Origin: Octopus bimaculoides
Taxonomy: Eukaryota
Assembly: GCF_001194135.2 (NCBI RefSeq)
Contig: NC_068984.1
Coordinates: 67,782,187-67,846,186 of the forward strand
Length of the DNA stretch: 64,000 bases
Direction of reading: 5' to 3'
Shown here in pieces: positions 52,440 to 64,000 of the stretch. The notes beneath the pieces were generated by a model. It was given only the letters and a program-made list of their open reading frames with translations, was not told the DNA's origin and did not search any database. The position numbers and the translations under genes were made by a program. How positions within the stretch are numbered: the first letter of the stretch is position 1; every line of letters starts with the position of its first letter.

Positions 52440-55400
52440 AAAGACACTTTTATTTTATGTATCTTTGGCAGCGATATATTACTAGTATGTGGTGACTGGA
52501 CTGCACACCTGCCATTGTAGAAGCGTAGTATACTGAAGTCACGTGGGCGGTCCGCTCAGGCGTTCATGCTAGATGATTATCATCTGTTACGATATATGTT
52601 TGTGCTTTGAATCACTGATTATGTATGAAAGGACGTCTCAAAGCGAATACTACACTATTCGTCGTTCTAACAAATGCACACACAAGCACACACACTCACA
52701 CACACGCACATACATACACATATACGGTTATATATACATACATAAATACATAATACAACATTCATGCAAACGTACGTATGTGAGTGTGTGTATGGGTGTG
52801 TGTGCGTATGTGTTCGTTGTATATTCAGATTAATGTGATTATTCGAGTTGGTTGCTTATCTTTTGAGATTATATATATTTGCCAATAAACACTTTCCTCT
52901 CTTCTTTGTAGATAAAAGAACTGCAAATTGCATTTTTCAATAGTTTGGCCAATCTGGAATGAATCCTGAGCACCATATGTACAAAATATCATTTAAGTGT
53001 TAATGTCTGCAAATACTTTTGTGTGTGTGTCTGTGAGCGTTTTTTATGAATATGTTTACGAATGAATATGGTTTGCCGAACATGTTTCGTTTATCTTTAA
53101 ATTATACTGAGACGATTATCTTCCGTAAAAAAGTCAAATGCAGCAGTACAACCTCATTTCAGAATTGTAAATATTTAAACATTCTTCTGTCTGTAAAACG
53201 AAAGCAAATAACTTAAATCGCTATCAAGTGAGTGCAATATAACAAAGAAAGCGAAATGTGCTCACGTAGAAAAAATGTGATAAGAAAAAAAATTAACATT
53301 GCAGAATCTCTTTACGATTTGATGATGAATTGATAAAGTAAAATATAAAAGAGGAGAGAGAGAGACAGAGAAACGCGAATCAACAAATCGATGTAGTGAT
53401 CTATAATGTGTGTAAGCTTCTGAGACTATCATATCAGTATGTAATCTATCGATTAATCAGCGGGCTAGTCATAGAACAAATCTGTAATATCTGCCTACAT
53501 CACCCAGAAGGTTGTGTTTGTTTATTCATTTATTGAATATATCTAATAATGCCGTCAAAAATACAATCAGATCAATCTCCAATGCAATGTGAAGAAGTAA
53601 TAAAAAAGTAAAAAAAGAAAGAAATTTCCATTTGTTTCGATTGTCAGCGAATTTATTTTGTATTTCGGTGGTGACCGATGAGTTTAAGGTTATAAAACTT
53701 AAACGATGAATGAAATTATTTGGACCAGTAAATTATAATATTACAAATGTTGTAAAAACCATTATCTGAAACGTGACATAAGGTGACCACCATTGTAATA
53801 GCCACAACACCGACTGATGCTTTTGAAATTTCGATAAAACTGTTACTGTCAATAATGTTAAACAATTTAGAAAAGATTTAACGCAATGGCAACACCATCA
53901 TGTTTTTTTTTTCTTTTTATCTGAGTGTGTGTCTTTTTTTTTTTTTTGTATAATTCAGCCACATGTCAAAGTATCAATGTGGAACATTTTATGATGCAAG
54001 AAATTAATAGAACTATATAACGCGAAATTTCAATTTACCAGACTACATAAACATACAAAGTTGTCCGGAATAAACAGCATGAAAATTTTATGTGACGTTA
54101 GGTTTCAAGTAGCATACATTTCCCAGTGTATACTTTAATTTTATGGACTGATTGATCAAAGAATATCAGCCTGTCTGTTGTGGGTGATATATACGTNNNN
54201 NNNNNNTATATATATATATATATATATATTACTTTTCATCATTTTTTCTGAAGCAATTTTGGTTTCATGGATTACACGGTTCGTGTAATGTTTTTGCACA
54301 GACCATACACATTAAAGAGATAATAGACATAAAATTTTTAAAAAGTAAACAAAATGAGATTACTACTATCAATCTAATTATATCTGTGACAGAAATTCTT
54401 TATTTATTGTAAAATATCTAACGTTGAACTAGAATATATCTGAGCGTTTTGAAGTGTTATTTTATCTTATTTTATAGATGCAGCCGTGGTTCTATGTACA
54501 CTTAGAGCATTACTTGTTACTTGTCTTTGTCTAATTTATGATGAAACGCTAGAGTTAGCAAAGTATTCACTTTACACAATCTTTAGTGGTTAAATTAATT
54601 TGATTCTGGCAACAGCTGGATCCCTTGCTTCTAATAAATTGGATTTATTGCATAGAAGATTTACGTTACAGAATACTGATTTTTGATACTTTAATCGATC
54701 TTAAGCAGATAATTAGTTTCCTCGGAATTTTATAATCATTATTTGTAATAGCAAGTATAAGAGTAGCGGTAGATTTGCAGTAATAGCAGTGATTATTCTG
54801 TTTGATAAACGGTCATTGGTTTCATAGAATAAATACTGCAGAGACTGTGTGGAAACGTTCACGTAGTTCTGATAATACAGACATCAATTAAGATTCTGTT
54901 GATCATGTTTTATATATAGTATATGTTATTTTGAGGATCTTAACTCCCTGAATGTCTGCTTGCTCTTCTATCTCTCTTTTCTCCTCTTTCTCATTAACTG
55001 CTGTATTTAGTACTGAAATATAGCAAATCAGTCATCAATGTTTATGAGCTAGTGTTGCTTAAAACTTGCTCTTAGCATTAACGTTTTATATTTCGAAACA
55101 TTTCAGAGTAAAATCAAACGCAGATAAATTCTGTTATAAGAATATGAACTTTTGGTTTTCAGAACTCGGAACCAACTTGTAAGTAAACATATCTTATATT
55201 TTACAAGAGACAGAATTGATACCTTCACTTAGAGTACCAAAGAATCTCTTAAAGCAAACGATTTTATATTCTGTTATCTAGCTACATACGAAGATGACTC
55301 AAACTAAACAAAAATTTAGATTCTATACTCGATATCATGAAATACCTTAGGGTATATATCACTAAGAAATGTTACTCATGATTCTAATGTATTGTATATT
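52440..55400 (+). pseudogene. Dispersed decayed LRR-NT and LRR patches (TLR-like ectodomain)
   Basis: LHTCHCRSVVY (~52500), AFFNSLANLE*ILS (~52930-52971), SFQNCKYLNILLS (~53154-53192), LLNISNNAVK (~53530-53559), NEITTI, SLASNKL (~54621-54641), IFDTLIDLKQI and YLHLEYQRIS. Confidence 0.5.
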
Positions 55401-55926
55401 CACTATCACAAATTTTGGCAATAAAACTTTAATCAATAGATTATTCGCCTTCTTACATATAAAATTAACATCCTGCAGCAAAAGGTACAAAGCGAATAGT
55501 AATAGTACGAGATTTCAATACGGAATGATGTAAATGATATATAATGATATAAAATGATATCGTGAATTGTTGGATTTCTCGTATTTATTAGGAATACTGT
55601 TTTCTGAGTTTGTTCTAGAAGGAGGATATGTGCTCCTGACCATCAAAATACTCCAGGACCGATGAGATTGAAGCGCTCGCTGTTCCAATTGAACTGTTGC
55701 AAATTGATAACTGTATTAAATATATGTGTTAAGAACAAAAGTTCAGTGTAAGGTATTCAAACTACTGACAATTGCTAGTAGTGGTTATAAAACAAAATAG
55801 AGTGAAGAAACCAGAACATTAGTGTGCCAGTGGCTGGTGTGTACATGTTAATAATAATTTCATGTCAATCACACTTTCTGTATGCATTTTATGAATTGAA
55901 AATAATTTGTAGGTTAACATTATGGA

Positions 55927-55929
<3 letters not shown>

Positions 55930-56004
<75 letters not shown>
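55930..56004. repeat. (CT)n microsatellite
   Basis: Directly visible. Confidence 0.95.
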
Positions 56005-56010
<6 letters not shown>

Positions 56011-57477
56011 GTGTTTATGGGAATACTGCTTTCGAAGTTTATACGATTTGCATGTATAAACCTCAGCAAAGCCATAACAATTCACGTGTTACATTGAACG
56101 AATTGACACTTGGTTTGGTGACCTAGCAAACGCTAAATAATTCTATCAAATAAATTTAAAATTATTCATTAATCGATAGACCTATGATAAAGAGTATTCC
56201 ATTTATAAAAAAACACATCTTTGTAGATATAATATATCTAGAATAATCATTATTTAATGCGTCTTTTTTTAAAAAGCAGTCGAGTAAGGTTATCAATATG
56301 ATTTGACTGATATTTGTATATAGGTCGTACTACTACAAAATCTTTGTTCCAGGCTCCAAAAACTGGATAAGTTGATTGACATTTCCTGTTTATATTGACT
56401 TTTTCATATTCTGGTACAAGAACAACTCTGATTAATTTACTACAGTTGAAGGAACAACTTTAGGGGACTTAACAGGTGTCATTGTCATCAAAATAGAAAT
56501 ACTGTATTCTAATATCTATTCCGTTGCAATGCAACAAGATTGGTAATATAATTAATGTTATCTGTAATGTATAAGTGTATTCTATTGATTTATAGATGAT
56601 CAACGTATTTCATATCTGCTACCAATACAAAATTTCAAATGAAACAAAACATCTATGAAAACAATAAACGTACGTATGTGCGCGTGGGTGTATGTATGTA
56701 CGTATGTATGTATGTATGTATGTATGTATGTATGTATGTATGTACGTACGTACGTATGTATTATGTATGTATGTATGTATGTATGTATGTATACATGCAC
56801 GGAAAGAAATTCAACTTTAAGAAATTAATACAAATATACATAGGATCAAATCGTAAAGACTTACAATAAGAACTTTAAAAGATGCGATTATATTTCTTCT
56901 TAGGTAAGTACTTTTCAGCCACGTCTTAAACGGGTGTGTATATGTGTGTGTTTGTGTGTGCATGTGTGTATCTGTGTGTGAGTGTGTGTGTGCGTGTGAG
57001 CGCGTTTGTTCGTGTATGTGTGTGTATGAAGTAAACACAAAGTTAAGAAAGTAATATATGGTTTCATATAAATGACAGAGTAATGTTAATCAGATTTATC
57101 TGGAAGCTAGCACAAGCTGAGCTACATATCAGGTTTGAGAATAGTAAATTAGTGACACAGCAAAATGTCTAAAGTCGGTTTTAAGTATAATAAATGCGCT
57201 TGTAAAATCAAAGATAAGGTTGTTTCAGTTGCTACATAAGAAACGAAATACAAAAAAGAAAAATACACATACTGATAATAGATAGTATACTATAGGGAAA
57301 TTGTTAAAGAATAAAATGAAATAAAACCATTGCTAATATATACTTATGGGAGTAGTGAGAACACCGCATAATAACGAAAATTTTGGTTATTATATATTGT
57401 AGTTGATATTAGTATCTCTACGAGGTGGACTAACCTGACAAAATCCTATTGATTTATCTTTCTTCAATATTTTCAGT

Positions 57478-57897
57478 CATCTTTTACTTGATTCAGTCAT
57501 TGGACTGTAGTCTCAGCTTGAGCACCACCTTGAAGGGTTTTAGTTTAATTAGTTGAATGAATCGGCCACAGAAATTACATGTTTTAGGCCCTATTGCTAA
57601 ATTATGGAGACGTAAACTAATCAACACCGGCTATCAAGTGTTGGTGGAGGACAAACACAAAAGAAAAGACACACACTCATACAAGCACACACACATACAG
57701 ACACACACACACGCACAAACAGACATACACATATATATGGTGGGCTTAATTTCAGTTACCGTTTACCAAATCCACACACAAGGTATTGGTCGGCACAAGG
57801 TTATAGTGAAAAGGCCGAAGGTTCCAGTCAGTGGAACTGTACTCAGACCATCTGGCTGAAAACCAAAATATCTCACCATTCAGTCACATATGCGCCT
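57478..57897 (-). mobile_element. Near full-length tRNA-head SINE, degenerate
   Basis: Head AGGCGC.. at ~57897 on the minus strand, body TTTCAGTTACCGTTTACCAAATCCACACACAAGG, and 3' end CTTTTACTTGATTCAGTCATTGGACTG..GAGCACCACCTTGAAG; same family as 11690-12081. Confidence 0.8.
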
Positions 57898-57907
57898 AGA
57901 AAAGGTT

Positions 57908-58026
57908 TATACTTGCAGCACATAGGTCTCCCAATCGGTCGCCTATGTATATACTAACTAGGCTCGACGTTGCTTAACTTAAGTGATCGGGCGGGAACTA
58001 GTGTTTTCAACGAGATATGTATGAAA
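57908..58026 (-). rRNA. 5S rRNA-derived copy (probable pseudogene)
   Basis: Minus strand ..CGTTGAAAACACTAGTTCCCGCCCGATCACTTAAGTTAAGCAACGTCGAGCCTAGTTAGTATATACATAGGCGACCGATTGGGAGACCTATGTGCTGCAAG is collinear over ~119 nt with invertebrate 5S rRNA as I recall it (CGTTGAAAACACC..CCGATCACCGAAGTTAAGCAACG..GTTAGTACTTGGATGGGTGACC..GTGCTGTAG). Box A is retained, while box C and the termini are degenerate. Confidence 0.85.
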
Positions 58027-58929
58027 GATAATTTCTTAAGAAGTTGTAGCGGTATGCAGTTTTGCTTTGATTTGAGACAATGCATATCAATGAGCTCTAC
58101 TGTTTTTACAGTAAACAATGCTTGATACACATTACATTATATTTCTAAAAATAATGAACGAATTCTCTTTATAATAAAAATATAATTTTGCCAAGGAAAT
58201 GCCCTTTTACTCCTTTATTTCAGAAACAAAGCTATAAAATGTTGTGCAATTGAAACTAATATGATTCAGAATCTTCGTTATTTTTAACCTAAAAGTTAAT
58301 GTAAATAAACGCGTGTATAAATAAGTAACTTATGCCAGCCATTAAGAAATTCTAATGCGATAGTAAAACACCTACTGACAGTTAACTACGGTGTTGGATT
58401 GTAAATCTTACCCGCCCAGAAAGAATGATAGTTTTATGAGTTACTGACAGACTGATATTAAGAAGAAAATGAATAACAGATAAACGTTTTATATCGTATT
58501 AGTGGTAGCCGGTTACATGTAGATCCTCTGAATTCCAGAATGAATAGGTAGTCATTCTTATATGTGTTTTATTTCTAAAAGTGTATCAAATAGATCTAAG
58601 TATTTCACTGTGTGTATACACACACACTCTCTCTCCCTCTCTCTCACTCTCACTCTCACACACTCTCTCTTTCATACACACACACACACACACACACAAG
58701 CATTAGAAGGTGTCGATTCAGGAACTCCTCTAATGGACCCGGTTAACAGTCTACAATATAAATGCAGAGAAGTGTAATCTAGAACACCGGGGTGTTTTTT
58801 TATCTCTTTTCTTAGATGCTCCTCTAACACGGTAACCAGAGCATTAACACAATATAAATTCACCCACAGTCTTAATATCAAAAGATCCTTTATAAATTAC
58901 TAGTTGTCTTTCGTATAGGTTTCAGAGAT

Positions 58930-59220
58930 GTCTAGAAAATTGTGACACGAAGCAAAACTTCTACGCAAACATTCCAGTAAGAAAATAAATGGCAAGTTTT
59001 CATTCATAACTCAATCGTGCAACAATAGACATATGAATAGACTTCATTCGCTTGAAAATCATGCTGGCATAGAAAACCTAATTCAATTATTTGGTGTAAC
59101 AGAAAATGTACAGTCTTAGCTTGAATATGTTTCATTGTCAAGCGTATAAAACAAGCGGAGTGTGTGTCTTTTAAAGATATAATTGGCAAATTCGTGACAG
59201 CTTTAAGATTTACAATTTAT
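58930..59220 (+). pseudogene. Decayed LRR fragment (TLR-like)
   Basis: NRLHSLENHAGIENLIQL and LEYVSLSS in one frame. Confidence 0.35.
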
Positions 59221-59283
59221 GGTAAAACTATAGTGTGTGTGTGTGTTTATGTGTGTGCATGTGTGTACGCGTGTGTATATATC

Positions 59284-59348
<65 letters not shown>

Positions 59349-60424
59349 ATGTATATAAGTATATATCTATACCTGTCTACCTATACATCAACACACACGC
59401 ACATACGCATATGTGTGTGCGCGCGCGCGTGTGAGAGAGAGAGAAAACGCAGGTAGTTTTCATGAAGCTAATTTTGTTGGTAAAATTTCTTTTAATGACT
59501 GAATAAATAACATAGTTTGTTTCCTTTCGCTTGAAAAACAGTGGTGCCTCATTGAAATATATTGATTCCAAATGATTTATATCAGCTTTCTTTCTTCTAA
59601 GTATATATTATTAAAATTTATAAAAACTAAACGTATAAAGTTCTGCCAAAAATATTTTCCTACATACTACTTCATATTCCTTTATAAAAATATATTTCAT
59701 AATAAGCTTGTAACTTTTAGTAGCACAATAAGCAAAAAGAATGTTAATTGTGTCGGCAGTTACAAGATTAATACATACTTATTTGCTTAAACTAAATACA
59801 TTGCATTTTAATTTCTGAAGTGTGACAATATAAATCTGTTGTATATTGTATGCGTGTGTGCATGCTTGTTTGTGTGTGCGTATAATTCAGTCAGTTGATG
59901 CCACATGTGGAATTTACTTTAGAAATATAGTAAACTAATGAACAATGCTTGCTGAAAAGACTATGTATGGATTCAATGTTGCGTCTGTTTTACAGTGGAA
60001 AATATATATATTAAGTTTAATGCTCATTTATTCAATACCCGATGAATAGAAAGCGCCCATCTGTTGAGAAATATAAAAGAAAAGCTCCTAACAGGAGTGA
60101 AATGAAGAATAGCCGTAACGGCGTCAGTCAGTATACAACGGCCGCGGTAGTAAATGTGTACGACCCTGAAGTTTAAGGCACTAGTTCTGCTGATCAATTA
60201 CTGCAGTATGAGAGGCTGAATATTGAATGGAAAGAAATACAAATTACAACATTTCAAATGCACCCTGCCCTGGATACATTCCAGTTAAATTATTTGACTC
60301 CTTCAATTCCAGGACCATAGCCATGATGTTCAACTCTAAGCATGCAACATAAGAAGATCAAAATCCATAATGACTATGTCAGTTATTATAATCTAATGCC
60401 TACGCCTCTACATATTCATGTAGT

Positions 60425-60620
60425 GGAGGCGCGTGTCTTGGTGGTTAAGGTATTGGACCAATGATCGTAAGACTGTGGTTTCGATTCCTTGGGCAAAACT
60501 CTTCATTTCACATTGCTCCAGTTCACTCAGTTTGCAAAAATGAATTATCCTGCGACGGACCGGAGTCCCGTCCAGGTGAGGAATATATATGCCATGGAAA
60601 TCGGGAAACCGTTCATATGA
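60425..60620 (+). mobile_element. tRNA-head SINE, internally deleted
   Basis: GGAGGCGCGTGTCTTGGTGGTTAAGG, GGTTTCGATTCC (B-box-like) and TTCATTTCACATTGCTCCAGTTCACTCAG. Confidence 0.8.
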
Positions 60621-60669
60621 GTCAGGAAGGAACTTTACTTCAGTTACTTATTCATATTATACGAGGAGT

Positions 60670-61740
60670 GTACGAAACGTTTTGAGCCTTGAAGTCTTGT
60701 ACCTTCATCAGAAGTCTTGTACTATGTTTTGTTTTTTTGAGGCTCAAAACTTTTCATACACCCCCTCGTACATATTAATTTTAATTTTGTGGAATTTTAA
60801 CTACAATGGTATACAAATATATTTATGTCTTACTACCTTATCTTCAATACGGTTTCCATGCCTATCCTCAACTATAATCATCAGTATAATAATCAGAAAG
60901 AATACGATCGTGAATGCAAGCATCCGAATCGGGGTTACTCCTGAGGATCTCTGAAATAACGTTACTCTATAGGAGGGTGCGTAGCTCGGAGATCAGGGTA
61001 CTTGTCAAGATCAAGTCTTAGTTCTCCACACTATGAGGTCACAGCTCCGGTACTACGGACGTGTGATTAAAATGTTTCAGGAAAGAATCGCAAGACGATT
61101 TTTTCAGGCCGAATGAACAGAAATGAGATCTAGGGATATAACAAAAGTCAGATGCTTGGATTATATCCTTAGTCTCTGACGGTTACGATTGGGAATCCAG
61201 CCAGAAATTGTAATAACGATTGCTTTAAATAGGGCCCTCAATGCGAAGGTACCTAAAGACTATGCCTTCCACAAGCCTCCAAGTACCAGTGTATCGAGAA
61301 GATGAATGACTGCACTGTTTTAGTGAATAAGAGCAGGTTTAAGAAGCATAAATTAAGCCTAGGAGAAAAATAGACCTTTTGAGTAAACGCCAAAATTCTT
61401 TGTGCGAAATAGAGGGAAGAACAACTTGATTAGCTTTACTTGTTTCTACACATTATTCATAGTAGTAGTAGTAGTAGTAGTAGTAGTTACTTTTGTTGTT
61501 TTATTAAGAACCTCTACACAAAATTACCATGACAGAAACTCTCATATTTGGTTTTAGGGGACAAAATTCACTCTTGGTTATATCGCTATCAGAAAGAAAA
61601 ATCCCAGTTTATATCGCTAAGCAGGGAGATAAACAAAAGTGCATTTTGCACCAAAATCCAATCTGAGTGTTTCTGTCATGGTATCTACCGCAGTATAATT
61701 TGTTGTAACAGAACATCCACGTTTAAGGGGTGAGGGAATA
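60670..61740 (+). pseudogene. Decayed mcc-type TLR ectodomain fragment (LRRs, LRR-CT, cysteine cluster)
   Basis: ORF 60589-60954 carries LSLEVLYLHQK and ILILWNFNYNGI; downstream are LDYILSL*RLRLG, TIGNPARNCNNDC (~61185-61223) and FCTKIQSECFCHGIYRSIICCNRT (ORF 61548-61733). Confidence 0.55.
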
Positions 61741-62795
61741 TTGCCTCTCGGTCTGAAAGGGCTTGGAAGAAATTGTTCTTTTACTTTGCGGTGCATGTGT
61801 TTTGTTTATTAGGAATAAGCTGTTTTGGGGAAGGAATTATTTCTGTGCCTTTTTTTTTTTTTTTTTACTGAAGTGAATGGCAGATATCCTTTTCATTCAG
61901 AATATGGTCAGTCACACATATATATCAGCGATACAGTCTTAATGATCTATATAATTTATAGCAGGAATTAGTGTTTTATACTGAACAAAGCAATCAAATT
62001 TTTTAGTTTATATTTACTGTACCTTCTTAAACAATATAAGCTTTGAAACGTTGAAAAATGCTTTTCCTTTTCTTTTTACTGTTCTTGAATCTTAGTGAAT
62101 TTATCACTGACTCATTTCTGTTAAAATATATCCAATATATATGAATAATGAATGTAGCTGTATGTTCATTACAATGAAGATGATAAATATACAATTAAAA
62201 ATGCATTGCTTTGCAGCTGGATGTCATTGTATTTTCTCTAAAGTTTGAGTCAACAAGAGAAAATGACATCATATTAAAAGACAAACTCTACATTACTTCT
62301 TAGAAATCAAAATGTATTAGCAGATGATTAAATAATACCTAATTATATTTTCAATGTGATTTAAATGAACGACAAATAACTGGTGTCATATTTTATAACA
62401 AACGTTCTTCTACTAACTGAAAATAAGTAAATATAATAGCTTAGAGTCATTTGCTTGTAATATGAAACTCAATTTATTTTGTGTTGACTTCATGAGAATT
62501 ATTCTGGTCTAGATTTTGCTTAACGTATAAATTTACATATTAGTGTAAATAAGAAATTGGTGACAATACTGCATAATTTTTAGATTTGATTAGAGATTTC
62601 AAAAGTTTACTGTACTATATTGTGATGAGGGAAAGGCTTACTTATGATGATTTAACATATTAACATTCTATGAAAACACAATCTGTATTAAGGAAACGAA
62701 TCGGTGAATTTTAGGACTGTGATTTGTTGTGTACCAAACTAAAATGGGATGCACTTGGATATACTTATCATGCATCAATATTATATCGTACATTA

Positions 62796-63003
62796 AGGCG
62801 GTGATCTGTCAGAATCGTTACTGCGCTAGACAAAATGGTTAACAGCATCTCTTCCGACTTCACGGTTCAAATGCCGTCAGGGTCGACTTTGCCTTTCATC
62901 CTTTCCAGGTTGATAAAATAAGTACCGGTTGAACAATGGGGTCGATTAAAACGACTTACCACCACCCTCGGAATTGCTGGCCTTGTGCTAAAATTTGAAA
63001 TCA
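62796..63003 (+). mobile_element. tRNA-head SINE (second family)
   Basis: AAGGCGGTGATCTGTCAGAATCGTTA..GGTTCAAATGCC..GTCGACTTTGCCTTTCATCC..GATAAAATAAGTACC..AATTGCTGGCCTTGTGCTAAAATTTGAAA. Confidence 0.88.
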
Positions 63004-63023
63004 ATATTATATTATACATTAAT

Positions 63024-63235
63024 GAAGCGAGCTGATAGAAACTGGAGAAGGCCAAACAAAATGCTTAGTGACATTTCGTCTGTCTTTACGTTCCGAATTT
63101 AAATTCCGCTAATGGACTTCGCCTTTCATCCATTTTTGTCTCGATAAAATAATTACCAGTCAAACACTGGGGTCGATGTAATGGAATAGACGATGTAATA
63201 AACTAAATTCGAGATCTTGTGTCTAAATCAGAAAG
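63024..63235 (+). mobile_element. tRNA-head SINE (second family), tandem to the previous copy
   Basis: AAGCGAGCTGATAGAA..AAAATGCTTAGTGACATTTCGTCTGTCTTTACGTTC..GCCTTTCATCC..CACTGGGGTCGATGTAAT. Confidence 0.82.
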
Positions 63236-63461
63236 AAGTATAACGTACATGATCAATGATCAATGTAAATTTAAATTTACATACATGCACAATTATACGT
63301 TGGCCTATTTCCTGTCGCTCCCTAAAAGTCCTAACTGCATTTATTTCTTTTCGTACCTTGTTTCTTAACATTTATTTCCTTTCACACCTTGTTTCTTAAC
63401 ATTTTCTCTGTATTGTATCCATATCTTTTATTCTCTCTCTCTCTTTCTCCGTCTCTCTCTG

Positions 63462-63511
<50 letters not shown>

Positions 63512-64000
63512 CCATTCTATAAGTACATTTTCTCATAAATGTGGCAAATATATAATTATATTATTTTATTTTTCATCGATTGATTACCATTGTATTTTGT
63601 TGTGACCTTTCTTCTTCCACTTAGATATGAGTCTCCACCTTCTTTCTTATTATATTATCCATTGTTAATCCATTTTCTTTTTTCCTTCTCACTGTCTATA
63701 TATCTTAGACTGCATTACAGCTTGCTTTATCAATGAAGAAATTTGATTAAAATGATCCATATATACATATACGACCATACACACAACACATATGTATGTG
63801 TGTATGTATGTATGTATGCATAGATTATGTACATGCATATGCGCGTATGCAAGCCCATACACACACGCACACAGACGGATATTTCACGGTGCGTCATATG
63901 TCGCTTTTTATTCTTATTTTTATACGCTTTCTAGTTATAACTATTTCAATATTCATATACATCCATAAGTACAGCTAAGTCTAACTGAAATAAAACCAAA

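Noticed and set aside
52536-52555. GTCACGTG E-box next to GGGCGG
   Set aside because: Short motifs with no evidence of a transcription start, inside a putative decayed coding patch.
63341-63405. Two imperfect ~31-bp tandem units (ATTTATTTC..CCTTGTTTCTTAAC)
   Set aside because: An ordinary local slippage duplication; no spacers, so not CRISPR-like.

Overview
AT-rich animal genomic DNA with nine N-gaps, dense microsatellites, tRNA-head SINEs and fragments of restriction-endonuclease-type (R4/Dong-like) LINEs. The repeat content suggests an octopod cephalopod; this is inferred from recalled repeat sequences, not from a search. I found no intact protein-coding gene. The main signal is that much of the apparently unique DNA between repeats is heavily decayed coding sequence, all on the + strand. 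Read by hand across stops and frameshifts, it gives leucine-rich repeats, LRR-NT/LRR-CT cysteine caps, transmembrane segments and TIR domains in Toll-like-receptor order. There are four reasonably clear TIR remnants (~3.0-3.2, 18.2-18.5, 21.1-21.4 and 23.2-23.4 kb), two weaker ones and about a dozen LRR patches, so the window appears to be a tandem graveyard of protostome-type (multiple-cysteine-cluster) TLR pseudogenes. Other notable items are a head-to-head repeat composite at 48.1-49.9 kb with a minimal type I hammerhead ribozyme, a 5S rRNA-derived copy abutting a SINE, and a perfect 36-bp hairpin. Remnant and repeat boundaries are approximate (tens of bp). All translations are manual, and Leu/Ile/Asn/Phe-rich motifs can arise by chance in AT-rich DNA, so single LRR patches are less certain than the overall pattern.
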